DNA of 64,000 nt. Source: an uncultured delta proteobacterium (lineage in GTDB: Bacteria; Myxococcota_A; Polyangia; Haliangiales; Haliangiaceae). The position numbers were made by a program, and so were the translations under genes. Under the pieces are notes generated by a model that searched no databases, was not told where the DNA came from, and worked only from the letters and a program-made list of their open reading frames with translations. Of the stretch, positions 11,450-21,236 are shown piece after piece. The DNA lies in NCBI GenBank assembly GCA_963848295.1, contig CAWKDB010000001.1, positions 65,109 through 129,108 of the forward strand, in the 5' to 3' direction. Each line of letters begins with the position of its first letter. Positions within the stretch are counted from its first letter, which is position 1.

Positions 11450-12336
11450 GTCTGTACAGCTGCCCGTTCTGCTCGACCGCGAGCCCGGCCGACACCGCGA
11501 CGTGTCCCGGTTGCGGCGCGCCGATCGATGTGACGCGCAAGCCGAGCGCGTCGGGCTGGCTCGAGCTGCCGCCGGCGCAAGACCTCGCGCGAATCCAAGC
11601 GGGGCGATCGTCGCTGCAGATCGAGGGCACGCTCGTCCCGGTCGCCGACTTCAAGCTCGCCGACGGCGATGGCGTCTACTTCGGTCATCACGAGCTGCTG
11701 TGGAAGGATCCGGCGGTGCATGTCCAGCAAATGGGGCTGAAGGGCGCGTGGAAGCGGATGCTCGCCGGCTTGCCGGTGCACATGCTGACCGCGAAGGGGC
11801 CGGGCCGGATCGCGTTCTCGCGCGACGCGCCGGGCGAGATGCTCGCGATTCCGATCGCGCCCGGACGCGAGGTCGAGGTGCGCGAGCACGTGTTCCTCGC
11901 GGCGACGCAGCACGTGCAGTACGACTACATGAATTCGTACGTCTGGTACGAGACGCGCAGCGGCGACGAGGTCGAGATGCACTTTCCGATCGGCCGCCTG
12001 CTCGACAAGTTCAGCGCGCCGACCGAGCCCGGTTTGTTGCTGATCCACGCGCACGGCAACGCGTTCGTGCGCACGCTCGCTAAGGGCGAGTCGGTGCTCG
12101 TCAAGGCGTCGGCGCTGCTCTACAAGGACGCGTATGTCGACATGTCGCTCCACTTCGAATACGCGGAGCGCAAGGGCTTCGCGAGCTGGTTCTCGTCGGC
12201 GTGGAACTTTCAGCGCTATCTGTGGCTGCACTTGACCGGGCCGGGACGCGTCGCGATCCAGTCGGCGTACGGGCACCACCACGATCCCGAGCTCGCGATC
12301 TATCGTTCGTCGGCAGCGACCGAGGCGTTCTGGTGA
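11446..12336 (+). CDS. AIM24-family protein with N-terminal zinc ribbon (paralog)
   Basis: CPFC..CPGCGAP; GPGRIAFS, HAHGNAFVRTL, LTGPGRVAIQS; ATGA overlap. Confidence 0.85.
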   Translation: MSLYSCPFCSTASPADTATCPGCGAPIDVTRKPSASGWLELPPAQDLARIQAGRSSLQIEGTLVPVADFKLADGDGVYFGHHELLWKDPAVHVQQMGLKGAWKRMLAGLPVHMLTAKGPGRIAFSRDAPGEMLAIPIAPGREVEVREHVFLAATQHVQYDYMNSYVWYETRSGDEVEMHFPIGRLLDKFSAPTEPGLLLIHAHGNAFVRTLAKGESVLVKASALLYKDAYVDMSLHFEYAERKGFASWFSSAWNFQRYLWLHLTGPGRVAIQSAYGHHHDPELAIYRSSAATEAFW

Positions 12337-13976
12337 CAGCGCGACTCGCGCTCGTGCTCGCGCTGACCAGCTGCGCGCACCTGCCGCGAGCGACCCCGCC
12401 GATCGCGGGCGCCGACACGCCGCCGGTGGTGACGCCGCTCGCACCCGCGATCGTGCTCGGCGGCGCCGGAGATGAAGCGGGCTACGGCGAGCGTACCGTG
12501 GCGCGCGCGCCCGACGCGATCGCCGATGCCGCCGAAGCCGCGGTGGTCGCGCGCACGTGGTCGGCCGCGTCGTTCGTGCGCGATCCTCGGGTGTCCGCCG
12601 CGGCCGCCGAGATCGCGGACGCGATCGCGCGCGGCGGGCCGGTGGTCGACGACGAGGCGGTCCGGTTCGCGCTCGATCGCCACGGCGTGATCGAGCCGGC
12701 CGTGATGGTCGACGTGACCGGCCCGGTCGACTCGGCCGGCGCGCTGGTCGATGCGATCGCCGGCAAGCTCGCCGGGGTCCGCGGTGCCGCGCACCGGCTC
12801 GGTATCGCTGGTCACGCGCGCCGGGTCGCGATCGTCACCGGCGCCGAGCTGATGACGCTTGTCCGGCCGCTGCCCCGCGCGTTGCCGTTCGGCGGTGCCG
12901 CCGTACTCGACGCCGTGCTCGATGCACGGCTCCACGCGCCGCACCTCAACGTCACGCACGAGGACGACCGTGTCGACCATCCGCCCGTGATCGCGATCGG
13001 CGACCATCACTTCGCCGTGACGATCGCATGTGGCGCGCACGTCGGTGTGCAATGGGTCGCGATCGAGGCGTGCGATCCGAGCAACGCGCCGGTCGGCCTC
13101 GGAGCGCTCCCGATCGTCTGTTACGGCGAGCCGACCCCGGTCTACCGGATCGAGCCGGTCGCGAACACCTCGGCGTCCGACCCGGCGCGCGCACTGGCGG
13201 CGATCATCAACCGCGAGCGCGCGGCCGGTGCCCTTCCGCCGTTGCGCGGCGACATCCGGCTCGATCGTGTCGCTCGCGATCACGCCGCGCGCATGGCTCG
13301 CGCGCAACGAGTCTCGCATGACCTCGGCGGCTCGGCGCGCGATCGACTGCGCCGCGCCGGCCTCGATCCACCGCGCGTCGGCGAGACCGTGCTCGCCGCC
13401 GGCGACCTCGGCGCGGTCGCCGAACGGCTGATGAACGCCCCGGGCTTTCAATCGTCGATCGAGGGCGGCGGCACGCTCCGCGCGGGTCGCCCCGATTACA
13501 CCCACGTCGGCGTCGGCGCGGCGCGTGGTCGCGACGGCCAGCTCTACGTCGCGGTCGAGCTCGCCGGTATCCCGCCGCGCACCGATCCGGCGCTGGTCAC
13601 CGCCGCGGTGCTCGCCAAGCTGTCGGTGGTCTCGCAGATCCCGCTCGCGGTCGAGCCGCGGCTGTCCGCGGTCGCGGCGCGGCTCGCCGAAGCCCAAGCC
13701 GCCGGCGCGACCGGCGAACAGCTCGCCGACTACATCACGACCAACACCGGGTTCGCCTACTCGCGCGTCTCGCAGGCGTCGGCGCGCATCGTCACGCTCG
13801 ACGAGATCGACGCCGCCAAGCTGATCACCGCGAACCCGTTCCACCGCATCGGCATCGGCATCTATCAGGATCCACCCGGCGGCCGGACGCCCGGCTGGAT
13901 CTGGATCTCGATCCTCTACGCCAAGCTCGATGATCAACCGCCGAAGCCGAGCCACGCGGGCGGACCCGACATCTGA
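12333..13976 (+). CDS. CAP/SCP-domain lipoprotein
   Basis: LTSC lipobox; INRERAAGALPPL..LDRVARDHAARMA..VSH..VGE..YTHVGVG; GTGA overlap. Confidence 0.75.
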   Translation: MTARLALVLALTSCAHLPRATPPIAGADTPPVVTPLAPAIVLGGAGDEAGYGERTVARAPDAIADAAEAAVVARTWSAASFVRDPRVSAAAAEIADAIARGGPVVDDEAVRFALDRHGVIEPAVMVDVTGPVDSAGALVDAIAGKLAGVRGAAHRLGIAGHARRVAIVTGAELMTLVRPLPRALPFGGAAVLDAVLDARLHAPHLNVTHEDDRVDHPPVIAIGDHHFAVTIACGAHVGVQWVAIEACDPSNAPVGLGALPIVCYGEPTPVYRIEPVANTSASDPARALAAIINRERAAGALPPLRGDIRLDRVARDHAARMARAQRVSHDLGGSARDRLRRAGLDPPRVGETVLAAGDLGAVAERLMNAPGFQSSIEGGGTLRAGRPDYTHVGVGAARGRDGQLYVAVELAGIPPRTDPALVTAAVLAKLSVVSQIPLAVEPRLSAVAARLAEAQAAGATGEQLADYITTNTGFAYSRVSQASARIVTLDEIDAAKLITANPFHRIGIGIYQDPPGGRTPGWIWISILYAKLDDQPPKPSHAGGPDI

Positions 13977-13979
13977 CGT

Positions 13980-15341
13980 TCAGCGAATCGCGCTCGCGTC
14001 GCCGAACTTCGGACCGGGGTCCTCGCCGCGCCAGATGCCCGCCGCATCGAGCCAAGCGTCGAACTCCGGGGTCGCGCGCTTGTGCAGCAGGCGGCGGATC
14101 GTCGGGATGTCGTGATAGCTCGTCGATTGATAGTTGAGCATGATGTCGTCGCCGACCGGCAGCGACATCAAGTACGTGCAGCCGGCCGCGCCGAGCAGCA
14201 CCTTGAGGCTCTCGAGCTCGTCCTGCGACATCTTCGAGTGGTACGTGAAGCAGGCGTCGCAGCCCATCGGCAGGCCGAGCAGCTTGCCCATCGCGTGATC
14301 CTCGAGCGCCGCACGCGAGATCTGCGCGCCGTCTTCGAGGTACTCCGGGCCGATGAACCCGACGACGGTGTTGACCAGGAACGGCTTGTAGCGCCGCGCG
14401 AGGCCGTGCGCGCGCGCTTCGATCGTGACTTGATCGGCGCCGTGATGCGCGGCGCTCGACAGCGCCGAGCCCTGGCCGGTCTCGAAGTACATCCGGTTCG
14501 GGCCCTTCGCCGTGCCCTTGACCTTCATCATCGCCCACGCTTCGTCGAGCAGCTTCGCGCTGATCCCGAACGCGCGATTGCCGGCCTCGGTGCCGGCGAG
14601 CGACTGGAACATCAGGTCCATCGGGCAGCCGAGCTCGAGCGCCTTCATCTGGACCGTGACGTGCGACAACACGCAGTGTTGCGTCGGGATCGCGTTGCGC
14701 TTCAACACGTCGTCGATCGCGATGAGGATCTCGGCGGTCGACTCGGGCGTATCGGTCGCGGGGTTGACGCCGATCACCGCGTCGCCGCAGCCGTACGACA
14801 GGCCCTCGCGCATCGACGCGAGGATGCCCTCCACATCGTCGGTCGGATGGTTCGGCTGGCAGCGCGACGACAACCGCCCGGGCAACCCGAGCGTCGAGTT
14901 CGCGCGCACGACGACCTGGCACTTCGCGCCGACCGTCATCAGATCGAAGTTCGACATCAACTTCGCGGCGGCCGCGACCATCTCGGGCGTCAGACCCGGT
15001 GCGACCGCGCGCAGCGTCGGGCCGGTCGTGCCGATGTCGAGCAGCCACTCGCGGAACTGGCCGACCGTGAGGTGCGAGACCGCGCGATACGCTTGGTCGT
15101 CGAGCTCGTCTTCGATCAAGCGGGTCAGCTCGTCGACCTCGTACGGCACGACCGGGTTCGCGCGCAGCTCCGCGAGCGTCATCCCCGCGAGCACCGCACG
15201 CGCCGCGACGCGCTCGACCGGATCGCGCGCCGACACGCCGGCGAGGTCGTCGCCGCTCTTCGGCGGGTTCGCCTTCGCGAGCACCTCTTTGACCGAGGCG
15301 AAGCGATACGACACGCCTCGGATCGTGGAAGCCAGCTGCAC
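13980..15341 (-). CDS. eutB: Ethanolamine ammonia-lyase large subunit
   Basis: VLAKANPPKSGD, RCQPNHPTDD, YFETGQGSALS, NTVVGFIGPEY, MLNYQSTSYHD. Start chosen at GTG 15341. Confidence 0.95.
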   Translation of the reverse strand: MQLASTIRGVSYRFASVKEVLAKANPPKSGDDLAGVSARDPVERVAARAVLAGMTLAELRANPVVPYEVDELTRLIEDELDDQAYRAVSHLTVGQFREWLLDIGTTGPTLRAVAPGLTPEMVAAAAKLMSNFDLMTVGAKCQVVVRANSTLGLPGRLSSRCQPNHPTDDVEGILASMREGLSYGCGDAVIGVNPATDTPESTAEILIAIDDVLKRNAIPTQHCVLSHVTVQMKALELGCPMDLMFQSLAGTEAGNRAFGISAKLLDEAWAMMKVKGTAKGPNRMYFETGQGSALSSAAHHGADQVTIEARAHGLARRYKPFLVNTVVGFIGPEYLEDGAQISRAALEDHAMGKLLGLPMGCDACFTYHSKMSQDELESLKVLLGAAGCTYLMSLPVGDDIMLNYQSTSYHDIPTIRRLLHKRATPEFDAWLDAAGIWRGEDPGPKFGDASAIR

Positions 15342-15443
15342 GGCGGCGCATCGTAGCCGATCCCACATCCTCGACACGTGTTCGGCAGGCCGGTGAACGT
15401 TCGACAACGTCGGTCGCGGGCTTACCAGAATTGTAATTTAGAT

Positions 15444-15680
15444 CTAGCTGGTAGCGACATTGGTCCGACCATTGCGGACAACCTCGATCGCTTGGGCTGG
15501 AGCGCCGAGCGCGAGCGCGAGCGCGGTGACCGCAGCGCCGTGGGTCGCCCAGCGCGCGCGCAAGTCGTCGACGGTCGAGCGCAAGTGATCCTCGAGCTCG
15601 TCGAGGTCGGGGCTAGCGACATCGGCGCTCGCGCACAGCTCGGCGCGATAAGCAGCGATGGCGTGCTCGAGGTCGTTCAT
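15444..15680 (-). CDS. Short or truncated permease-prefix (HAAS-like) domain protein
   Basis: MNDLEHAIAAYRAEL..DLDELEDHLRSTVDDLR aligns with the N-terminus of the upstream gene. Confidence 0.55.
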   Translation of the reverse strand: MNDLEHAIAAYRAELCASADVASPDLDELEDHLRSTVDDLRARWATHGAAVTALALALGAPAQAIEVVRNGRTNVATS

Positions 15681-15688
15681 GACGAGCT

Positions 15689-16624
15689 CTAGGCGCGGTC
15701 GAAGATCGCGCGCAGCGAGCCGAGCTTCGTGCGAGCGGTGGTCCAGCCGAGTAAGGCGCTCGCGACCGAGGCGACCACGCCGCTGGCGAGCGAGCCGAGC
15801 AAGTACACGCGGTAGAATTCGCGGTGCCCGAAGTTGAAGCGCAACGTCCACATCTGCTCGATCGCGACCGCGAGCGCGATCGCGGCAACCGCCGAGCCCG
15901 CGGCGGCCCACTTCGCGCGCAACACGCCACCGCACGTCGCGATCGCGGCGGCGGACAACGCGATCTTCGCAGCCGGTGCGACCGCGACCCACTCGCCGTC
16001 GCTGCTCGTCACCTGATATGCGAGCGCGATCGCCGCAGCGCCGTATGCCCACACTTGCAGCGCGAGCGCGATGCCGGCGGCGCTGATCTCGCGGCGTTGC
16101 CACGGCGCCAGGACCGCGACGATAGCGACAAACCACGCGACGAACCACACGCTCGCGCCCGCGCCGGTCGCGAGCCACATCGCGGTCGGCAACACGAAGA
16201 ACCCGAAGCCGCCGAGCAAGATCGGCCGCGCCCACGACAGCCGCGCGAGGAGTGCAGCGACGAGCAAGAACCCGGCGGCCAGCTCGACATCGATCTCGAG
16301 GTTCGCGCCGCTCGACCACCTCGTCATCACGAGGATCGGCAGGATCAGCAGCGCGGCGACGACCGCGCGAGGCCACGACAACCGCGCGCCGAACGCGGTA
16401 CGGACCCGAGCATGCTCGCGAGCGACCGAGCGCGGCTCGCCGAGTCGACGCGCGGCTTCGGCAACCGCCTCGGCGGCACCGAGTCCGGTATCGCGTAGCT
16501 CGCCGGCGAGCGTGCGCAGATGATCCTCGATCTCGTCGAGGTCGCCACGCGCGAGCTCGGCTTCGGCGGCGAGCTGCTGGCGATAGGCTTCGATGGCACT
16601 TTCGATATCGCGGTCGTCACTCAT
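15689..16624 (-). CDS. Permease-prefix (HAAS-like) domain membrane protein, PadR partner
   Basis: DLDEIEDHL..AEAVAEAARRLGEP followed by several TM helices; ATGA-coupled to PadR. Confidence 0.75.
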   Translation of the reverse strand: MSDDRDIESAIEAYRQQLAAEAELARGDLDEIEDHLRTLAGELRDTGLGAAEAVAEAARRLGEPRSVAREHARVRTAFGARLSWPRAVVAALLILPILVMTRWSSGANLEIDVELAAGFLLVAALLARLSWARPILLGGFGFFVLPTAMWLATGAGASVWFVAWFVAIVAVLAPWQRREISAAGIALALQVWAYGAAAIALAYQVTSSDGEWVAVAPAAKIALSAAAIATCGGVLRAKWAAAGSAVAAIALAVAIEQMWTLRFNFGHREFYRVYLLGSLASGVVASVASALLGWTTARTKLGSLRAIFDRA

Positions 16625-16971
16625 GCGGGTCTCCATGCCTTGGTGAGGGCGGCGTGCACGACGTCCCACTGGCGGCGCTCTTCAGTGAGCGCACGGCGGC
16701 CGTCGGGGCGCAGCCGGTAATACTTGCGCTTGCGACCGGTGTCGCCGCGCTGTTCGAACGATTCGATCAAGCCTTGGTCCTCCATGCGATGGAGCACCGG
16801 GTACAACATGCCTTCGGACCACTCGAGCTGACCGCCCGATAGCGACCGCACCTCTTGGATAATCGCGTAGCCGTAGCTCTCGCCGCGCCAAAGGATCGAC
16901 AGCACGAGCGCGGTGGCCGATGCCGCGATCAGGTCCTTCGCGATCCGCTCGGGCTCCTTCGCTTGCCTCAC
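16621..16971 (-). CDS. PadR-family transcriptional regulator
   Basis: LVLSILWRGESYGYAII..EGMLYPVLHRME..RKYYRL; GTG 16971 chosen from the promoter position. Confidence 0.9.
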   Translation of the reverse strand: MRQAKEPERIAKDLIAASATALVLSILWRGESYGYAIIQEVRSLSGGQLEWSEGMLYPVLHRMEDQGLIESFEQRGDTGRKRKYYRLRPDGRRALTEERRQWDVVHAALTKAWRPA

Positions 16972-16977
16972 GGCTCT

Positions 16978-17007
16978 ATGCATAGGACCGCTAGGCATCG
17001 TTGTCAA
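16978..17007 (-). promoter_or_regulatory. Sigma70-like promoter with overlapping inverted repeat (probable PadR operator)
   Basis: Minus strand TTGACA-17 bp-TATGCA; imperfect palindrome ATGCATAG-N5-CTAGGCAT at 16978-16998. Confidence 0.65.
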
Positions 17008-17055
17008 GTCCTCTCTCTCATCGCGCCAGCTCGCCGAGCGTGATATCTGCTCGTC

Positions 17056-17475
17056 GTGCCCTACCTCGAGCCCGCACGCGACGCCGGCCGTGCCTTCCTC
17101 GCGCGCGGCATCACCGGTCCCGTCGTGATGCTGAACCTGCTGCGCTTCCGCGATGTCGCCGACTACTCCGGCTCGCCGGAGCTGGCGCCCGCCTCGCCGA
17201 TCTCCGGCGTCGAGGCGTACCGCCGCTACATCACGGCCGCGACGCCATTCGTCGACAGGCGCGGCGGCAAGCTGGTCTTCCTCGGCCGCGGCGGCGACTT
17301 CCTCATCGGGCCGGCGGACGAGCGTTGGGATGCCGTCATGCTCGTGCGGCAGCGCAGCGTGGAGGACTTCATGGCGTTCGCGTCGGACCCTGCGTACCTG
17401 AAAGTCCTCGGGCACCGGACAGCCGGGCTCGCTGACTCGCGACTGCTGCCCATGACCGAGACCGACGCACTCTGA
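17056..17475 (+). CDS. DUF1330-like protein
   Basis: GPVVMLNLLRFR..SGVEAYRRY..WDAVMLV..HRTAGLADSRL. Confidence 0.8.
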   Translation: MPYLEPARDAGRAFLARGITGPVVMLNLLRFRDVADYSGSPELAPASPISGVEAYRRYITAATPFVDRRGGKLVFLGRGGDFLIGPADERWDAVMLVRQRSVEDFMAFASDPAYLKVLGHRTAGLADSRLLPMTETDAL

Positions 17476-17696
17476 CCGAGACGACGAAGCGGCTCGAGCG
17501 CAACGCGACGCGACCGCTGGCAAGCGGCGGCAACCTATTCCGGGCCGATCGATAGCTTGACCTCGGGGCGCGTGAGGAACGCGTGAACTCGATGGCCCGA
17601 CCACCGCCGGCATCGCACGTTGCTTGCCATGAGGATCCTCGCTCCGTGCGTGAAACGAAAGCTGAGGTACCTCGCATGGCTGAACTAGGAGCTCAC

Positions 17697-18890
17697 ATGA
17701 CGAAGTCACTCGTGATCGCGATCGCGTTGGCCGGGTGCTCGGACGCCGCGGCGCTGCCACCGCCGCGGACGCCGGAGCGAATCGCCGCGGATGCGCCCGC
17801 GCTTGATGCTTTGCGCGCCGCTAACTTCGACGCCGCGTTCTCGCTCGCCGGCCAGCAACTCGCGATCGCGCCGCAGGATTCCGAAGCGGCGGCGATCCGC
17901 GCGATCGCGGGCTACCAGCAAGCCGCGGCGACGCTCTATGTCGCGCTCGATGTTCGAGCAAGCTGGTGGATCGTCGACAAGGTGCTCCGTGACGAGGCGA
18001 AGCCCGCGTTGCAAGCGTTCGACGAGCGGCTCGACGCGATCGATCGCGACCTCGCGGTCGTTGCCGCCGATCCCCGGTTCACGCTCGAGCTGTGCCTCGC
18101 GTGCTGGCAATCCGATTGGAACCACGACGGCAAGATCGACGAGCGCGACCGGCGGCTGTTCGAGATCGAGCGCGACGACAAAGGGGAGGCGCTGCCGCCG
18201 AACGATCCGCGCAGGCGGCCGACATTCAAGTTCGACGTCGGCGACGCGCTGTGGGCGCGGGCGATGGTGTCGTTCCAGCGCGCCGCGGCGGAGCTCGTGC
18301 TCGCCTATCGCTGGTCGGATCTCGACAAGTCCGATCACTCGAAGACGGTCGTCATCCACCTGTTGTCCGCCGACAAGGTCAAGCGCGCGCGTGCGTTGCT
18401 GCTCGCCGGCTTGGATTTCTCGGACAAGACGCGCAAGGCTTATCTCGCCGAGACCGACGACGATCGCGAATGGGTCCCGAACCCGCACCAGCACAGCCAC
18501 CCCGTACCGCTCGACGCCGACGCCAAGCTGTACGACACGTGGGGGGGCGTGATCGGCGATCTGCGCCGGCTGGTCGCGGGGGACGAAGGCATCTCGATGC
18601 GCGAGCTCGGCCCGCTGATCTCGACCGAGCTCGCGTGGCTGGTCCCGGACGCGTACATCGACGTCGGGCGCATGCTCGACGAGCCGGTCGACATTCGCAT
18701 CGAGACCGAGGGTCACGGCGACAAGGCCAAGGAGGTCGAGCGGGTCCTGCGCGGGGTGCTCGGTCATGGCTACCGCGAGTCGATGAAGCCATCGCCGCTG
18801 GTCGGACGGATTCGGTCGATCGCGGGCGAACTCGCGCGCGGCGGCGATACGCTCGACGAAAAGCTGCACTACTTGTTGTGGGTGAACTGA
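17697..18890 (+). CDS. Hypothetical lipoprotein
   Basis: AGGAG RBS, MTKSLVIAIALAGC lipobox, DWNHDGKID Ca-binding-like motif. Confidence 0.7.
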   Translation: MTKSLVIAIALAGCSDAAALPPPRTPERIAADAPALDALRAANFDAAFSLAGQQLAIAPQDSEAAAIRAIAGYQQAAATLYVALDVRASWWIVDKVLRDEAKPALQAFDERLDAIDRDLAVVAADPRFTLELCLACWQSDWNHDGKIDERDRRLFEIERDDKGEALPPNDPRRRPTFKFDVGDALWARAMVSFQRAAAELVLAYRWSDLDKSDHSKTVVIHLLSADKVKRARALLLAGLDFSDKTRKAYLAETDDDREWVPNPHQHSHPVPLDADAKLYDTWGGVIGDLRRLVAGDEGISMRELGPLISTELAWLVPDAYIDVGRMLDEPVDIRIETEGHGDKAKEVERVLRGVLGHGYRESMKPSPLVGRIRSIAGELARGGDTLDEKLHYLLWVN

Positions 18891-18995
18891 GCCCGAGCCC
18901 GAACTTCTCGTCCGGAGCGTCCGGCGAACGTCCGGTGCGCGTCCGGGCGCCGGACAAAGCGCAGCGCAAATGCGCGCGATCGCGTGAACGGATGT

Positions 18996-19011
18996 TGGCC
19001 TCGAGGTTGCT
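18996..19011 (+). promoter_or_regulatory. Sigma54-type -24/-12 promoter
   Basis: TGGCCT-N5-TTGCT with correct GG-N10-GC spacing, just upstream of ATG 19024. Confidence 0.55.
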
Positions 19012-19023
19012 GATGCGGCCGGC

Positions 19024-19944
19024 ATGCTGAAAACCCTCTCGCTCACGTTCGTCTTATCTCTCTCGTCGGTCGCGCTCGCGGCTGGCCTTCCGTCACCGGT
19101 CGTCGGAGGCACGACGGTTCCCGCAGGTGAATGGCCGGATGCGGTCGCGGTGCTCGCGGCGGATGCAGCGTGCACCGGCACGCTGATCGCGCCCGATGTC
19201 GTGCTCACCGCGGGGCACTGCATCGGCGTGAATCCGCAGGTCGTGATCGCGAATAGCGTCGACTACGCCGGGTCCGGCGGTGAATCGATCCGGGTCAAGA
19301 GCGCCACCGCCTATCCGTCGTGGCAGACCAGCTACGACGTCGGCGTGCTCGTGCTCGATCACGCGGCGAAGACCAAGCCGCGTGCGATCGCCGCGGAGTG
19401 CACCGCCGAGAAGCTCGTCCCGGGCGCGAAGGTGCGCGTGGTCGGCTTCGGGCTGACGACGAAGACCGGCACGGGCGACAACACGAAGCTGCACCAAGCC
19501 GAGCTCCCGGTCGACGACGCGTCGTGCACGCAGGACGCGTCGTGCGAAGCGAACGTCGCGCCCGACGGCGAGTTCACCGCCGGCGGCGATGGCACCGACG
19601 CGTGCTTCGGCGACTCGGGTGGTCCGGTCTACCTCGGCAGCGGCGATGACGCGTCGGTGATCGGCGTCGTGTCGCGCGGGCTCGCATTGCCCGGCGACCC
19701 GTGTGGCAACGGCGGCGTCTACATCCGCGCCGACAAGGTCGTGTCGTGGATCGAGAAGACCACGGGCCGCACGATCGCGCGCGCGTCGTGCCCGGGCGGC
19801 AAGGCCGACGGCGACGGCGATGGCGCGACCGCGTCCGACGGCGCGGGCGGCTGCTCGGCGGCGAACGGGGTGGTCGGCTTCGGCGTGCTCGCCGTGGTCG
19901 TCGGGCTGATTCTCGCCCGGCCGCGCAAGCGCCGCGCGCCGTAG
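19024..19944 (+). CDS. Trypsin-like S1 serine protease with MYXO-CTERM-like tail
   Basis: VVGG, VLTAGHC, YDVGVL, CFGDSGGP; C-terminal GGCS + TM + basic residues. Confidence 0.9.
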   Translation: MLKTLSLTFVLSLSSVALAAGLPSPVVGGTTVPAGEWPDAVAVLAADAACTGTLIAPDVVLTAGHCIGVNPQVVIANSVDYAGSGGESIRVKSATAYPSWQTSYDVGVLVLDHAAKTKPRAIAAECTAEKLVPGAKVRVVGFGLTTKTGTGDNTKLHQAELPVDDASCTQDASCEANVAPDGEFTAGGDGTDACFGDSGGPVYLGSGDDASVIGVVSRGLALPGDPCGNGGVYIRADKVVSWIEKTTGRTIARASCPGGKADGDGDGATASDGAGGCSAANGVVGFGVLAVVVGLILARPRKRRAP

Positions 19945-20021
19945 GCCGTCAGGAGCGGCACGAGACGGGTCCCGAAGCGCGTCGCGCTTCACCCGTCTAG
20001 TGCGTGATACAACTCGCGCCC

Positions 20022-21236
20022 ATGGCGAAGATCAAGGTCAAGAATCCCGTCGTCGAGATGGATGGCGACGAGATGACGCGCGTGATCTGGAAGTTCATCA
20101 AGGACAAATTGATCCTTCCGTACCTCGAGCTCGACGTGAAGTACTTCGATCTCGGGATCGAGCATCGCGACGAGACCAACGATCAGGTCACGATCGATTC
20201 GGCGAACGCCACGAAGCAGTACGGCGTCGCGGTCAAGTGCGCGACGATTACGCCCGACGAGGCCCGCGTCAAAGAGTTCACGCTCAAGGAGATGTGGAAG
20301 TCGCCGAACGGCACGATCCGCAACATCATCGGCGGCACGATCTTCCGCGAGCCGATCATCTGCAAGAACGTGCCGCGGCTCGTGCCGGGCTGGACCAAGC
20401 CGATCGTGATCGGCCGTCACGCGTTCGGCGACCAGTACCGCGCGACCGACTTCGTGGTCCCCGGCGCCGGCACGTTGACGATGACGTTCACGCCGAGCGA
20501 CGGCGGCAAGGTGATCGAGCACAAGGTGTTCGACTTCCCCGGCGGCGGTGTCGCGCTCGGCATGTACAACCTCGACGACTCGATCATCGGGTTCGCGCGC
20601 AGCTCGCTCAACTACGCGCTCAACCGCGGTTGGCCGTTGTACCTGTCGACGAAGAACACGATCCTCAAGCGCTACGACGGCCGGTTCAAGGATCTGTTCC
20701 AGAAGGTCTACGCCGACGAGTTCGCCGACAAGTTCAAGGCCAAGGGCATCGTCTACGAGCACCGGCTGATCGACGACATGGTCGCTTCCGCGATGAAGTG
20801 GGAGGGCGGCTTCGTGTGGGCGTGCAAGAACTACGACGGCGATGTTCAGTCCGACTCGGTCGCGCAGGGCTTCGGCTCGCTCGGCCTCATGACCTCGGTG
20901 TTGCTCACGCCCGATGGCAAGACGGTCGAGGCCGAGGCCGCCCACGGCACGGTCACGCGCCACTTCCGCGATCACCAGAAGGGCAAGCCAACGTCGACGA
21001 ACCCGATCGCATCGATCTTCGCGTGGACCCAGGGCCTCAAGTACCGCGGTCAGTTCGACAACACGCCGGATGTGGTGAAGTTCGCCGACACGCTCGAGAA
21101 GGTCTGCGTGTCGACCGTCGAGAGCGGCAAGATGACGAAGGACCTCGCGGTGCTCGTCGGCCCGAGTCAGCCGCACCTGACGACCGAGCAGTTCCTCGAC
21201 GCTCTCGACGCCGGTCTACGCGCCAAGCTCGCCTAG
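20022..21236 (+). CDS. icd: NADP-dependent isocitrate dehydrogenase (type II, eukaryote-like)
   Basis: [43 protein letters not shown]. Confidence 0.97.
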   Translation: MAKIKVKNPVVEMDGDEMTRVIWKFIKDKLILPYLELDVKYFDLGIEHRDETNDQVTIDSANATKQYGVAVKCATITPDEARVKEFTLKEMWKSPNGTIRNIIGGTIFREPIICKNVPRLVPGWTKPIVIGRHAFGDQYRATDFVVPGAGTLTMTFTPSDGGKVIEHKVFDFPGGGVALGMYNLDDSIIGFARSSLNYALNRGWPLYLSTKNTILKRYDGRFKDLFQKVYADEFADKFKAKGIVYEHRLIDDMVASAMKWEGGFVWACKNYDGDVQSDSVAQGFGSLGLMTSVLLTPDGKTVEAEAAHGTVTRHFRDHQKGKPTSTNPIASIFAWTQGLKYRGQFDNTPDVVKFADTLEKVCVSTVESGKMTKDLAVLVGPSQPHLTTEQFLDALDAGLRAKLA

